Assembly: GCA_021324815.1 (NCBI GenBank)
Contig: JAJPIJ010000051.1
Span: forward strand, 2,188-66,187
Length of the DNA: 64,000 nucleotides
Direction: 5' to 3'
Source of the DNA: Gammaproteobacteria bacterium
GTDB lineage: Bacteria > Pseudomonadota > Gammaproteobacteria > JAJPIJ01
The stretch's first letter is position 1. Every line of letters begins with the position of its first letter. Positions 48,484 through 58,150 of the stretch are shown piece after piece. The translations under genes were made by a program, and so were the position numbers. The notes beneath the pieces are model-generated. The model had not been told where the DNA came from, did no database searches, and was given only the letters and a program-made list of their open reading frames with translations.

Positions 48484-49841
48484 GAGTCCGGGTTTGCATT
48501 CACTTGACGTTTTGCGCCGCTGCCTGGCTCTGCTTCGCGCCTGCATCCCTTGCGCAACCCGCCGATTCCGCAACGAGCGAAACCGGAGCGAATGTTTACT
48601 TGATTGACCTGCCCACCGCTTTGCGGCTGGCTGGGGCACGGAATCTTGACGTTCAACTCGCTCGCGAAAAACTGGCGGAAGCCAGGGCGCTTGACGAAAG
48701 CGCGATGCTCCGATTTTATCCGTGGGTGAACGTGGGGATTTCTTATAACCGGCATGACGGCCGGATCCAGTCGACCGAAGGGGACATCCTTACTGTGAGC
48801 AAGCAGGCTTATGCACCGGGCGTCGCGCTGGTCAGTGAGTTGGATCTGGGCGACGCCATCTACAAAAAGCTTGCAGCCAAGCAGAACGAAAACGCCGCGG
48901 ACTATGCGTTCGAGGCTCAACGCCAAGCCAGCATCGCGGCCGTAGCGCGAAACTATTTTGATCTGGCGCTCGGGCAGGCCACCGTGGGCGTGGCGCGGGA
49001 GTCGGTGCGAATTTCAACCGACTACGAGACACAAGTGCGCCACGCCGTGGAAGCCGGCATTGCTTTTAAGGGAGATGCGCTTCGCGTTTCAGTGCAGGCG
49101 GAACGTAACCGGCTTGTGTTGCGCCAAGCCATGGAAGAACAGCGAAAGGCCGCCGCCCGTCTGGCACAGTCACTTCACATGGACTCCTCGATCGAACTGG
49201 TGGCCCGCGACACTGACCTCACCCCGATTAGCCTTGTTGACACCCACACGACCATGGACTCGCTCGTACAGCAAGCGCTCTCCACGCGTCCGGAGTTAAA
49301 GCAGGGCAACGCCGAGGTGGAGGCTGCGCGCGAGGACGAAAATGGAACGGTTTATGGTCCGTTGATTCCGTCAATCAGAGGCCAAGTCGTCGGTGGGGGG
49401 CTGGGCGGGGGCCGGAACAGTGACACCGGCAATTTTGGTGATCAAGAGGACTACTTCATCGGAATTGGTTGGCGTATCGGACCGGGCGGCCTGTTTGACT
49501 TTGGCCGGCAACGAGCGGCGAATGCCCGCCTCAATTCGACCCGGCTGGGCGAGGAAAAACTTCATGATGAAGTCGTCCGCCAAGTCGTGGAAGCATTCAC
49601 CCGGCTGCAATCGCAATCCGAACAAATCAATATGGCGCGGCGCGCGTTGACCGCCGCCGAAGAGGGTCTTCACCTGGCCCAGCAGCGACAGGAGTTTGGT
49701 GTCGGAATCGTTTTGGAAAACATTCTCGCCGAGCAGGACTTGACCCGCGCTCGCATTGATTACCTCAAATCTGTCGCCGAGTTTAACAAGGCGCAATATG
49801 ATCTCTCCAAGGCAGTTGGCAGGTTGCCAGTGTCTGATTAG
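48480..49841 (+). CDS. TolC-family outer membrane efflux protein
   Basis: Signal peptide, two repeated OEP coiled-coil halves. ATGA overlap with the MFP gene. Confidence 0.8.
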   Translation: MRVRVCIHLTFCAAAWLCFAPASLAQPADSATSETGANVYLIDLPTALRLAGARNLDVQLAREKLAEARALDESAMLRFYPWVNVGISYNRHDGRIQSTEGDILTVSKQAYAPGVALVSELDLGDAIYKKLAAKQNENAADYAFEAQRQASIAAVARNYFDLALGQATVGVARESVRISTDYETQVRHAVEAGIAFKGDALRVSVQAERNRLVLRQAMEEQRKAAARLAQSLHMDSSIELVARDTDLTPISLVDTHTTMDSLVQQALSTRPELKQGNAEVEAAREDENGTVYGPLIPSIRGQVVGGGLGGGRNSDTGNFGDQEDYFIGIGWRIGPGGLFDFGRQRAANARLNSTRLGEEKLHDEVVRQVVEAFTRLQSQSEQINMARRALTAAEEGLHLAQQRQEFGVGIVLENILAEQDLTRARIDYLKSVAEFNKAQYDLSKAVGRLPVSD

Positions 49842-49987
49842 AAGCCCTGGAAGCCCCATGAGGAACCTGGCAACAATGGAAATGGTGTATTGAGTATGGG
49901 CCAAAGCAGAGACTCGCTGAAAAACTTCGGCCAAACCTGATATATCGCCGGCTGGTCGAAGTACATGAGGCGTGCCCTCTTAAATAG

Positions 49988-50563
49988 CTACTTTGGCGGC
50001 GACGATTTCGATGCTTGCGGCGCGACCATGCAAAACCCCTGGGGTTCGACCCCCAGAGCTGCATTGAACTTGCTTGACAGGTTCTGGAATGCAATTAACG
50101 CCGTCAGCTCGATGACGGCATCGTCATCGAAGAACTTGCGCAGGCGCGCGAGATGCCCAGCGGTTGAGGACCTGTCCGCACGGGTCATTGCCTCCGCGTA
50201 GGCCAGTGCCGCCTTCTCGCGTTCGCTGAAGTGCGAACTGGACTCGAAATCCGCCAGCGCCTGCAGCTTTTCCACATTGCCGCCACGCCTGAGTATCAGT
50301 GCGGAGTTGATGTCCACGCAGAATGAACACCAGTTGATTTGAGACACCCTCACCGCGATCAGTGAGCGGAGCAGCGGCTCAATGGGCGAGGAACGGCGGT
50401 CAAGGGCACCATATAAAAGCGCCAGGGCAACGAATACCTTCGGGCTCCGGCCCCACAACCGAGCGGACTCGAGCACCGTGCCATAGCGCCGTTTTTGATT
50501 CCAGAGAAATAGACGCACATACCATGGGAAGCGGTGCGTCGGCGGGGTCGGAATCATAGCCAT
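49988..50563 (-). CDS. carboxymuconolactone decarboxylase (AhpD-like) family protein
   Basis: 191 aa. CMD-family length and a WCSFC Cys pair. Confidence 0.6.
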   Translation of the reverse strand: MAMIPTPPTHRFPWYVRLFLWNQKRRYGTVLESARLWGRSPKVFVALALLYGALDRRSSPIEPLLRSLIAVRVSQINWCSFCVDINSALILRRGGNVEKLQALADFESSSHFSEREKAALAYAEAMTRADRSSTAGHLARLRKFFDDDAVIELTALIAFQNLSSKFNAALGVEPQGFCMVAPQASKSSPPK

Positions 50564-50760
50564 GCCATCACCTCGCTGTCCTGAGAATGCCTACCAATCG
50601 CTATTTTGAGCAGTCCGAAAACCAATTTTAGATCTCATCACGCCGCCTCCATCTGAAGAGGTATTTCCGGAAGGTTGACCCGGCTGAGTATAAACGCGAT
50701 GTTTGAAGACACCCGGCTTTATCGCCGCGAAATCTCACAGCTTTCCACCGGCAATTGGCG

Positions 50761-52938
50761 CTAAATCCACAAGCCGGCCGCCGCCGCGGGCGGGGAAGTC
50801 AGCCAGGTTCGCTCGAACTCTTCGCTCGTCACCGGTTTCCCGAAAAGATATCCCTGAGCCTCATTACATTTTCTGAGTCGAAGAAAAACGACTTGAGCCT
50901 CGGTCTCGACACCTTCGGCGATGACGCGCATGCCAAGCGCATGTCCTATCCGCAATATCGTGTCGCAGATTACCTCCGCGTTATGGTCGTGTCCAATACC
51001 GTCTACAAATGACTTGTCGATCTTGATCGCATCAACCATGAAACGTTGCAAGTAGTTCAGCGACGAATAGCCGGTGCCGAAATCATCTATGGACACATGC
51101 ACGCCGAGTTTGCGCAGTTCGGCAAGTACTTGCGTGGAATGTTCGACGTCACGCATTGTTGTCGTTTCGGTAATCTCCAATTCGAGTCGAACGGTCGGTA
51201 TGCCGGACTCACCCGCACCGCGGACGGTCGTTGTTTCGGTTACTTCCAATTCAAGTCGATCTGCCGGCATGGCAGAGCCATGCACGACCCGTTTGATCCG
51301 CCGTACCAGGTCTGGGTCGGAAAATTCCTGTCCCGATACGTTGATTGCGAGACGTGGCGACCAACCATAACGCGTGTGCCACCTTTGGATATGCTCACCG
51401 GCCGCCCGCAGGACGAAATCGCCAATCTGTCCCATCAATCCGGTGGATTCCGCAAGCGGAATGAATTCGGCTGGATTCACCAAACCCCGGGTCGGATGCT
51501 GCCAGCGTAGCAGGACTTCGGCGCCGGCCAGCACCGCCCCATCATGCGGCGGCAAGAGCTTGACCTTGGGCTGAAAGACCACGAAAAACTCGCGGCGCAA
51601 AATCGCCTGTTCAAGATCATGGGTCAACTGCTGGCGCGCGCGCATGGCCAATGCGAACTGTGGCGAATAGAACTGATATTTGCAGGTGGTTGCCTCGTAG
51701 GTCTGTACTAATGCCAGTTCCGCCTGCGACAGCAGATCCTCGCCCACAAATACGTTTCCATCCGATTGCGCGATGCCCACTCGCACGGGTAGTGACACCT
51801 CGACATCATCTGCCACTTTGATGGGATGAGAAACGGCATTCAGCAATTTCTCCGCGAGCGCCGCCGTGACATGCGGATCGCCCATTCCGCATCGAACTAT
51901 GACGAATCGATCGGCGCCGACATGCGCCAGAAAGTCGTCGGGGGATGCGGCATATTGCAGACATCGCGCGAGTTCGTGAAGCAAACGATCCGCCGCGGCA
52001 TGACCATAGGTCGCGTTCAGCGCGCGAAAGCGAAGCACGTTGAAAAGCAGCACGGTCACTCCATGCCCCATGCCGCATCTACGCTTCAGGAACTCCAGCA
52101 ACGCCGCCCGGTTCGGCAAACCGGTAATGAGGTCATGGTGCGTCAGGAAAAACGCCTGCTCCACCGCCATCTCTTTATCACGGCGCCTGCTGTCGGCCAC
52201 CCTGTTGAGCATGGTGTTGTGTGCGTGGATCAAGTCGCCCATCTCGTCGCCGCGCCTCATCGACAATGTGAACGATGCGGCATCGTCTGGTGTTGCCGCG
52301 GCCTTGAGTGCGCTTTCGCGCAGTCGCAGCAGCGGGCGCAGCAGCCATCGATCCAGCACCAGCATTGTCCCGACGGTCACCACCAGCACGATGATTGCGA
52401 TCAAACCGGCGATGCGCAATAAGTAGGCATGCAATCGCTGCGGCAGGTCGCCAACATCAACGCGGGCGGCCACAGTCACATCCGGAATCAGATCGCTGCG
52501 CCAGACCGCAGTCAGAGTTCGCCCCCCTGTCTCCGTAGAAACGAGTTGTCGCTTCAGTGTCGCGCCCGGCACCAGGTCGGTGGCAGGAACCTCGCCGGCG
52601 CTGGCCAGTACCGCGCCAGACGGGCCGCGGATCGCCACCCCGCGCAACCCCTCCTGACCGACGATTGCATCAAGATCCGGAAGGATCCTGCGTCTCCGAG
52701 CGTCGGCGAGCACAAATTCAACCAGGCTCTGGGTCCTCTCGGCCAGTCGCATCAGCTCCCCGCGCTCAAAATACCTGGCTGATGGCACTATAATGACACT
52801 TTCAACGCCAAGGATAAGTCCAAACACGGCAAGCGTGATCTTCCAGCAAAGGCGGCAACTCCATAGCGGGGAAAGTCCAGCCACCGCCGGGACCTTATGC
52901 TGGATGCTCTGCTGTTCCATTTTAAATGTGTCATCCAT
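50761..52938 (-). CDS. membrane sensor diguanylate cyclase/phosphodiesterase (TM-periplasmic-TM-HAMP-GGDEF-EAL)
   Basis: GGDEF region (LPNRAALLEF..., RCGMGD variant), EAL region (EVLLRWQHP, DDFGTGYSSLNYL). Two N-terminal TM helices. Confidence 0.85.
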   Translation of the reverse strand: MDDTFKMEQQSIQHKVPAVAGLSPLWSCRLCWKITLAVFGLILGVESVIIVPSARYFERGELMRLAERTQSLVEFVLADARRRRILPDLDAIVGQEGLRGVAIRGPSGAVLASAGEVPATDLVPGATLKRQLVSTETGGRTLTAVWRSDLIPDVTVAARVDVGDLPQRLHAYLLRIAGLIAIIVLVVTVGTMLVLDRWLLRPLLRLRESALKAAATPDDAASFTLSMRRGDEMGDLIHAHNTMLNRVADSRRRDKEMAVEQAFFLTHHDLITGLPNRAALLEFLKRRCGMGHGVTVLLFNVLRFRALNATYGHAAADRLLHELARCLQYAASPDDFLAHVGADRFVIVRCGMGDPHVTAALAEKLLNAVSHPIKVADDVEVSLPVRVGIAQSDGNVFVGEDLLSQAELALVQTYEATTCKYQFYSPQFALAMRARQQLTHDLEQAILRREFFVVFQPKVKLLPPHDGAVLAGAEVLLRWQHPTRGLVNPAEFIPLAESTGLMGQIGDFVLRAAGEHIQRWHTRYGWSPRLAINVSGQEFSDPDLVRRIKRVVHGSAMPADRLELEVTETTTVRGAGESGIPTVRLELEITETTTMRDVEHSTQVLAELRKLGVHVSIDDFGTGYSSLNYLQRFMVDAIKIDKSFVDGIGHDHNAEVICDTILRIGHALGMRVIAEGVETEAQVVFLRLRKCNEAQGYLFGKPVTSEEFERTWLTSPPAAAAGLWI
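51163..51258. repeat. in-frame 69-bp tandem duplication inside the EAL domain coding region
   Basis: Cores gtttcggtaatctccaattcgagtcga (51163-51189) and gtttcggttacttccaattcaagtcga (51232-51258). Encodes RLELEVTETTTVR / RLELEITETTTMR. Confidence 0.75.
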
Positions 52939-53037
52939 TGCTTCCGCCTGATGCGCGACGTTTGGATACGGCGCCGTCTTGCGTGGCCATGGCGCGCATC
53001 ACGTCAAGCGATTCAGACTTCCAATCGATTGATGAGA

Positions 53038-53619
53038 TCAGTCATCGTCGTGTCCCCGCCATGCGCGATCGGCAAACATTTCATCGACTGGGGTGTGAAA
53101 CAGGTGATTGGAATAGTTGCTGAGCGTCTTCACGGCAATGGCCAGGATGATGGCGAGGATCTGGTGTTCTGAATAGCCCGCCTTCAGAAAGGCCGCGACG
53201 TCTTCCTGGCGCGGCCGCCCCTGCGTCCATAACATAATCCGCGTGAAGTCAAAGAGTGCCGAAAGCCGCGGGTCACTAATTTCCTTGCCGTCGCGGATGG
53301 CATCGGTCACTGCCATCGGGACCTGCGAATGTTTGTCGGCAAGCGTGCTGTGCGCCGCCATGCAATAATGGCACCGATTATCGCGGCTAATCGTCAGAAA
53401 CACGACCTCCTGCTCGGCCGGCGTAAATCCGGACTCTGACCGAAATCTCGCATAGCCGAGCAGGTAGGTCTCCAACAGGCCCGGCAGGTTCACCATGCCG
53501 GCATACATGTTGGGGATGAAACCGACCTGGGCTTTCGCCCGGTCAAGGACCTCCCGGGCGCGCGGATCGGCCTGCGCAAGCGTGATCAGGGGAAGGGTGA
53601 GTTTGTACTCTGCGGTCAT
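53038..53619 (-). CDS. carboxymuconolactone decarboxylase / AhpD-like peroxidase-related protein
   Basis: CHYCMAAH (CxxC...H) motif typical of the AhpD core. About 193 aa. Confidence 0.7.
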   Translation of the reverse strand: MTAEYKLTLPLITLAQADPRAREVLDRAKAQVGFIPNMYAGMVNLPGLLETYLLGYARFRSESGFTPAEQEVVFLTISRDNRCHYCMAAHSTLADKHSQVPMAVTDAIRDGKEISDPRLSALFDFTRIMLWTQGRPRQEDVAAFLKAGYSEHQILAIILAIAVKTLSNYSNHLFHTPVDEMFADRAWRGHDDD

Positions 53620-53974
53620 GGCGAAATGGCTCCTCAGTACAGTACGCGCTAAGTTGATGGCCCGGTTCCAACTCAACCGGAACCTCCCGGCAGTCATTCC
53701 CGTATGTCCGCTTTTATCCACGCCTAGGACTCGCAACTGCTTTCAGAGGCCCGATGTCATAGCGATCCACGGTTTGATGGGGTGGGCCACCACCTTTAGT
53801 CTTAGTCGCCCGTGCACTCCCCTTCTTACATCAATCGGGACACGACCGCGGCCCATCCCCGAGGAGCGGGCCGGTCCTGCGCCGGGACATGCCGGCAGCG
53901 CAACCGGCGCTAAACCGCCTATCGGTCCGGCGCGCCGACAAGAAGGCAGACCGCCAAAAGGACGTAGCGCGTAA

Positions 53975-56131
53975 TTACCCCCTTTGCCAGCGGTGCAGAT
54001 GTTCCAGCCAGCACAGCAGCCGCACCGGTGCGTGCTGGCGCTTCCACGTCCCGGCGGCGTACTTGTTGGCCTCTGCCAGGGTGGGATAGATGTGGATGGT
54101 TTTAAGGATCTTGTTGAGTCCGATGCCGTGGCGCATCGCCAGCACGTATTCGGCGATGAGATCACCGGCATGCTCGCCAACAATGGTGACGCCCAGGATT
54201 CGATCGGAGCCCGGCGCGGTCAGCACCTTGACATAGCCGCGGTCGCTGCCATCGGTGATGGCCCGATCGAGATCGTCCAATCCGTAGCGCGTCACCTCGA
54301 CTACCACGCCCTGCGCTTTCGCCTCCGCCTCGTTCAACCCCACCCGCGCGACTTCCGGATCGGTGAAGGTCGCCCAGGGAATCACGGAGTAATCAGCCTT
54401 GAAGCGCTTGTAGCGACCGAACAGGGCGTTGACCGCGGCATACCATGCTTGGTGCGCGGCGGTATGGGTAAACTGGTAGGGACCGGCGACGTCGCCGCAT
54501 GCAAGAATATTCGGATAGCGGGTTTGGAGATATTCATTGGTACGCACAGTACCGGTGGGAGTCGTCTCAATGTTGAGTTCTTCCAGACCCAGCCCTTCCG
54601 TATTGGCGCGACGCCCCACAGCGACCAGCACGTCATCGAAAACCACCCGCCGCATATCACCGAGGTGATCAAGATAGACGGCCTTCTCGCCATCCTCGAT
54701 AGCGAAGTGCATCGCCTTGTGCTCCAGAAGGACTTGCACGCCGTCGGCCTCCAAGCTTTGCTGAACCAGTTGCGAGGCCTCGTCGTCCTCCCGGATCAGC
54801 AAACGGGGCAGCATTTCGACCAAAGTGACGTTGCTGCCCAGCCGGGCGAAGGCCTGTGTCAGTTCGCAGCCGATGGGGCCGCCGCCCAGGACCACGAGGC
54901 GCGCCGGTCTGGTTTCAATCTCCCACAGGCTATCGGAGGTCAGGTAACCAACCTCGCGCAGCCCCGGTATGGACGGAACCAGCGGGCGGCTGCCGGTGGC
55001 GATCACGATGTTACACGCGGTCAGCCGCTGTGTATCGCTCCCGTGCCGGATTTCAACCTCCCAGGGCGAAACCAGCCGCGCCTCGCCCGCTCGGCAATCC
55101 ACGCCCAGTTCGGTGTAGCGCGCCACCGAATCGTGCGGCGCCACCTTTTCGATCACGCGGTGGACGCGTCGCATGACGCTGGCGAAATCAACCGGTGGAT
55201 CGATCCCGCCCAAACCATAGTGATCAGCGCATCTGGCCAGATGCAGGATGCGCGCGCTCTTGATCAAGGCCTTGGATGGCACACAACCCGTATTCAGACA
55301 GTCGCCGCCCATGCGATGTTTCTCCACAAGCGTAACACCGGCCCTGATTGCCGCGGCGATATACGCCGTTACCAGACCTGCGCTGCCGGCGCCGATCACG
55401 ATCAGATTGCGGTCGAAGCGCCGCGGTCGTCGCGATTCCCAAGGCCGGTACACGTGCCAGATCTGCGCGCGCGACGCCAGAACGCGCGCCAGCCAGGGGA
55501 AGCATGCCAACAACGCGAAAGCGCCCAAGAGCTGCGGTGATAACAGGTCGGCGACGCTTTCGATCCGCGCCAGCTGGGTGCCGGCATTCACGTAGACGAT
55601 TGTGCCGGCCAGCATCCCGACTTGGCTCACCCAGTAGAAGGTCCAGGCCGGCATGAGTGTCAGTCCCATCAACAGATTGACCAGGAAGAACGGGAACGCC
55701 GGCACCAACCGGAGGGTGAAAAGATATAAGGCGCCATCGCGTTCCAGACCGGCGTTGATATGGCGCAAGCTTGCGCCGAAGCGGCTTTGGACAATGTCGC
55801 GCAAGAGGAAGCGCGAGACAAGAAACGCCAGCGTCGCGCCCAGAGAGGACGCAAACGACACGATTACAGTGCCGGACAGCATACCGAACAGGGCACCCGC
55901 CATTATCGTCAGGAGAGTGGCGCCGGGTAACGATACGGCAGTCACTGCGACGTAGCACAGGAAGAAACCGACAACCATGGACAATGGATAGCGATGATAG
56001 AGCTGTACGAAATGTTGCTGGCGCGCCTTCAGATTGTCCAGGGTTAGGTAGGACTGCATATCGAAGACAAAAAATGCGGCAATCGCCGCTGCGACCACTG
56101 TAAACAGGATCAGCTTGTTGCGGCCGCGCAT
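53975..56131 (-). CDS. bifunctional DedA(TVP38/TMEM64)-family membrane domain / class I FAD-dependent pyridine nucleotide-disulfide oxidoreductase
   Basis: N-terminal polytopic DedA-like domain. C-terminal FAD motif GAGSAGL, redox-active GGDCLNTGCVPSK, NADH-binding and dimerisation regions. Confidence 0.75.
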   Translation of the reverse strand: MRGRNKLILFTVVAAAIAAFFVFDMQSYLTLDNLKARQQHFVQLYHRYPLSMVVGFFLCYVAVTAVSLPGATLLTIMAGALFGMLSGTVIVSFASSLGATLAFLVSRFLLRDIVQSRFGASLRHINAGLERDGALYLFTLRLVPAFPFFLVNLLMGLTLMPAWTFYWVSQVGMLAGTIVYVNAGTQLARIESVADLLSPQLLGAFALLACFPWLARVLASRAQIWHVYRPWESRRPRRFDRNLIVIGAGSAGLVTAYIAAAIRAGVTLVEKHRMGGDCLNTGCVPSKALIKSARILHLARCADHYGLGGIDPPVDFASVMRRVHRVIEKVAPHDSVARYTELGVDCRAGEARLVSPWEVEIRHGSDTQRLTACNIVIATGSRPLVPSIPGLREVGYLTSDSLWEIETRPARLVVLGGGPIGCELTQAFARLGSNVTLVEMLPRLLIREDDEASQLVQQSLEADGVQVLLEHKAMHFAIEDGEKAVYLDHLGDMRRVVFDDVLVAVGRRANTEGLGLEELNIETTPTGTVRTNEYLQTRYPNILACGDVAGPYQFTHTAAHQAWYAAVNALFGRYKRFKADYSVIPWATFTDPEVARVGLNEAEAKAQGVVVEVTRYGLDDLDRAITDGSDRGYVKVLTAPGSDRILGVTIVGEHAGDLIAEYVLAMRHGIGLNKILKTIHIYPTLAEANKYAAGTWKRQHAPVRLLCWLEHLHRWQRG

Positions 56132-57075
56132 GTCACTCTTTCCGCCGACCGATTTGCGATTGGTGCCAGTTCGCTGCAGGATGCATGGTGTTTGAAACAA
56201 CTGTAACATCGGTGATGGCGCAGCATGATGCGTTGTTTCAAACTTTCCCCCAGGCTCCCACCCAGGTCAAAAGCTGGATCATCGTCCACCAGCGTGCAGG
56301 CATACACCCGCATGCGACCACCGATCTTCACCACCATCCGGCTGGAGGCGCACATGAAGGCGGCGCGGCTTTCCGCGGTGTGATAGGTGGTCATGCAATG
56401 CTCGGTGATTTCTGGGTTTTCTACCCGGCTGCCGGGCGGATGAAAATCGGGGAACGACACCAGCCTCAGATCTTTCGGCAAACCGTTTCGCTGGAAAAGG
56501 TCTCGAAAACGGCTTTCGACGACGTCAGCGTCTTCATTGGCTGACTGCTGCCGGGCCACTGATACTTTGAAACCCATGGCATGCAACGCGCACAAGCTTT
56601 TCACCGCCAGATCAAAGGCGCCGAAACCCCGGCCACTGTCATGGCGGTTTGCATCGGGATAATCGAGGCTCACACGGAAACTTGTCGGATGGGGGCAATG
56701 CAACAATGGCCGCAACTCATCTAGACGACGCAGCAGCGGCAGCGTGCCATTGGTCAGCACCAGGCAGGGACGGTAGCGCGAGGCACATCTTAAGATTGCC
56801 GGGAAATCCCTCGCCAGAAACGGTTCACCGCCGGTGAATGAAAACTGTTCAACACCGAGTGCCACGGCTTCCACAATGAACGGTTCGACATCAATGAGTT
56901 TCACCAGCTCCAAGCGTCTGTCGCCGGGCTTCGAACCTTCCAGGCAGAAAGGACAAGCCAGGTTGCAAGCCGTGCCGATATGAAACCACAGTTCGCGTAA
57001 GCGGCTGGTATCGATATAGCCCCGCGGCTCACCGCTTCGCGTGAACAACCAGTCATCCCGCGCCATCCTGTTCAT
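56110..57075 (-). CDS. arsS: radical SAM / Cys-rich domain protein (TIGR04167-like; arsenosugar biosynthesis ArsS-like)
   Basis: CNLACPFC radical-SAM cluster motif, C-terminal Cys-rich CYSCFKHHASC. Immediately downstream of the ArsM-like gene. Confidence 0.6.
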   Translation of the reverse strand: MNRMARDDWLFTRSGEPRGYIDTSRLRELWFHIGTACNLACPFCLEGSKPGDRRLELVKLIDVEPFIVEAVALGVEQFSFTGGEPFLARDFPAILRCASRYRPCLVLTNGTLPLLRRLDELRPLLHCPHPTSFRVSLDYPDANRHDSGRGFGAFDLAVKSLCALHAMGFKVSVARQQSANEDADVVESRFRDLFQRNGLPKDLRLVSFPDFHPPGSRVENPEITEHCMTTYHTAESRAAFMCASSRMVVKIGGRMRVYACTLVDDDPAFDLGGSLGESLKQRIMLRHHRCYSCFKHHASCSELAPIANRSAERVTCAAATS

Positions 57076-57084
57076 GTCATTCTC

Positions 57085-58131
57085 CTAACAGCAGCCGTTG
57101 TTCGCGGATGCGCTGGTGGCCTCAGCAAACGGCAGTCCGCCACCACACCCAGCGAATAACCCGTAATGTGTGTCAAAGCTGCCGATGAACTCGAAATGGG
57201 GTGCAAAACGGGTCTCCTTCAACATCCGCCAGGTATTGCCGCACACGGGCAAGACACGCCCCTTTTCCATGACATGATGTTTGTCCAGCACGAAACGATC
57301 CGGGTGATATGGAATAGTGCCACGATAGATCACCGCCTGGCCGTAATCCTCGCAGGCCGGTTCCAAATCAGGCAATTTAAACAATCGGTAGGTTGCCGAG
57401 AAAAAGCGGATGTTACCGAGCCGCTTGGACAGTTGAGGGCTTTCCACCCGGATCGGCCGGCCGCCGACCTGGCGCGGGTCGGGGAAACCCTGGCGTACTG
57501 CCAGCGTTAAAAAGTCGTTCCAATAGAGCGCCCCGCTCAGGCATTCACCGTACAGCACCGGATCCTGTTTGAGCTGCGCCGGGACCCGCCGGTCCGCATA
57601 AATGTCCGCGAAGTAGATCTCACCGCCCGGCTTCAACACATGGTAAGCCTGACGCAGGACTGCGGCCTTGTCCGAGGCAAGATTGATCACGCAGTTGGAT
57701 ACAACGAGATCCACGCTGGCCGCGGGAATGGCTAGTCTGTCAAGGCGTTCGATATCGCCATGCAGAAACTGGACATTGCTCTTCTGATAACCAAAGGCCT
57801 TGCGATGAAACTCGGCGTGCCGGCGGGCAATGGCAAGCTGTTTTTCGGTCATGTCGACACCAATCACCGAACCTTGCGGTCCCACCAGTCGGGACAGGAG
57901 ATAAGCGTCACGACCGGTTCCACAGCCCAGATCCAGGATGGTCAGCCCTTCCAGATGTTCCGGCACAATCAGTCCGCAGCCATAATGCCGTTCGATGACC
58001 TCGGGATGGATCTGCGCCAGGATGGGTTTGACAAACTCCGGTGGCGACGCTTCGGTGCAGCATGCGTCAGTTTTCAGATCTTTCGTGCCCTGCAAGGTTT
58101 CGCCGTAATACTGCTTCACGATATCATTCAT
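57085..58131 (-). CDS. arsM: arsenite S-adenosylmethionine methyltransferase (ArsM/AS3MT-like)
   Basis: N-terminal DACC Cys pair, YGCGLIVPEHLEGLTILDLGCGTGRD SAM-binding motif with conserved Cys, further conserved Cys and C-terminal Cys-rich tail. Confidence 0.7.
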   Translation of the reverse strand: MNDIVKQYYGETLQGTKDLKTDACCTEASPPEFVKPILAQIHPEVIERHYGCGLIVPEHLEGLTILDLGCGTGRDAYLLSRLVGPQGSVIGVDMTEKQLAIARRHAEFHRKAFGYQKSNVQFLHGDIERLDRLAIPAASVDLVVSNCVINLASDKAAVLRQAYHVLKPGGEIYFADIYADRRVPAQLKQDPVLYGECLSGALYWNDFLTLAVRQGFPDPRQVGGRPIRVESPQLSKRLGNIRFFSATYRLFKLPDLEPACEDYGQAVIYRGTIPYHPDRFVLDKHHVMEKGRVLPVCGNTWRMLKETRFAPHFEFIGSFDTHYGLFAGCGGGLPFAEATSASANNGCC

Positions 58132-58150
58132 TAGTTTTCACTCCAGAATG

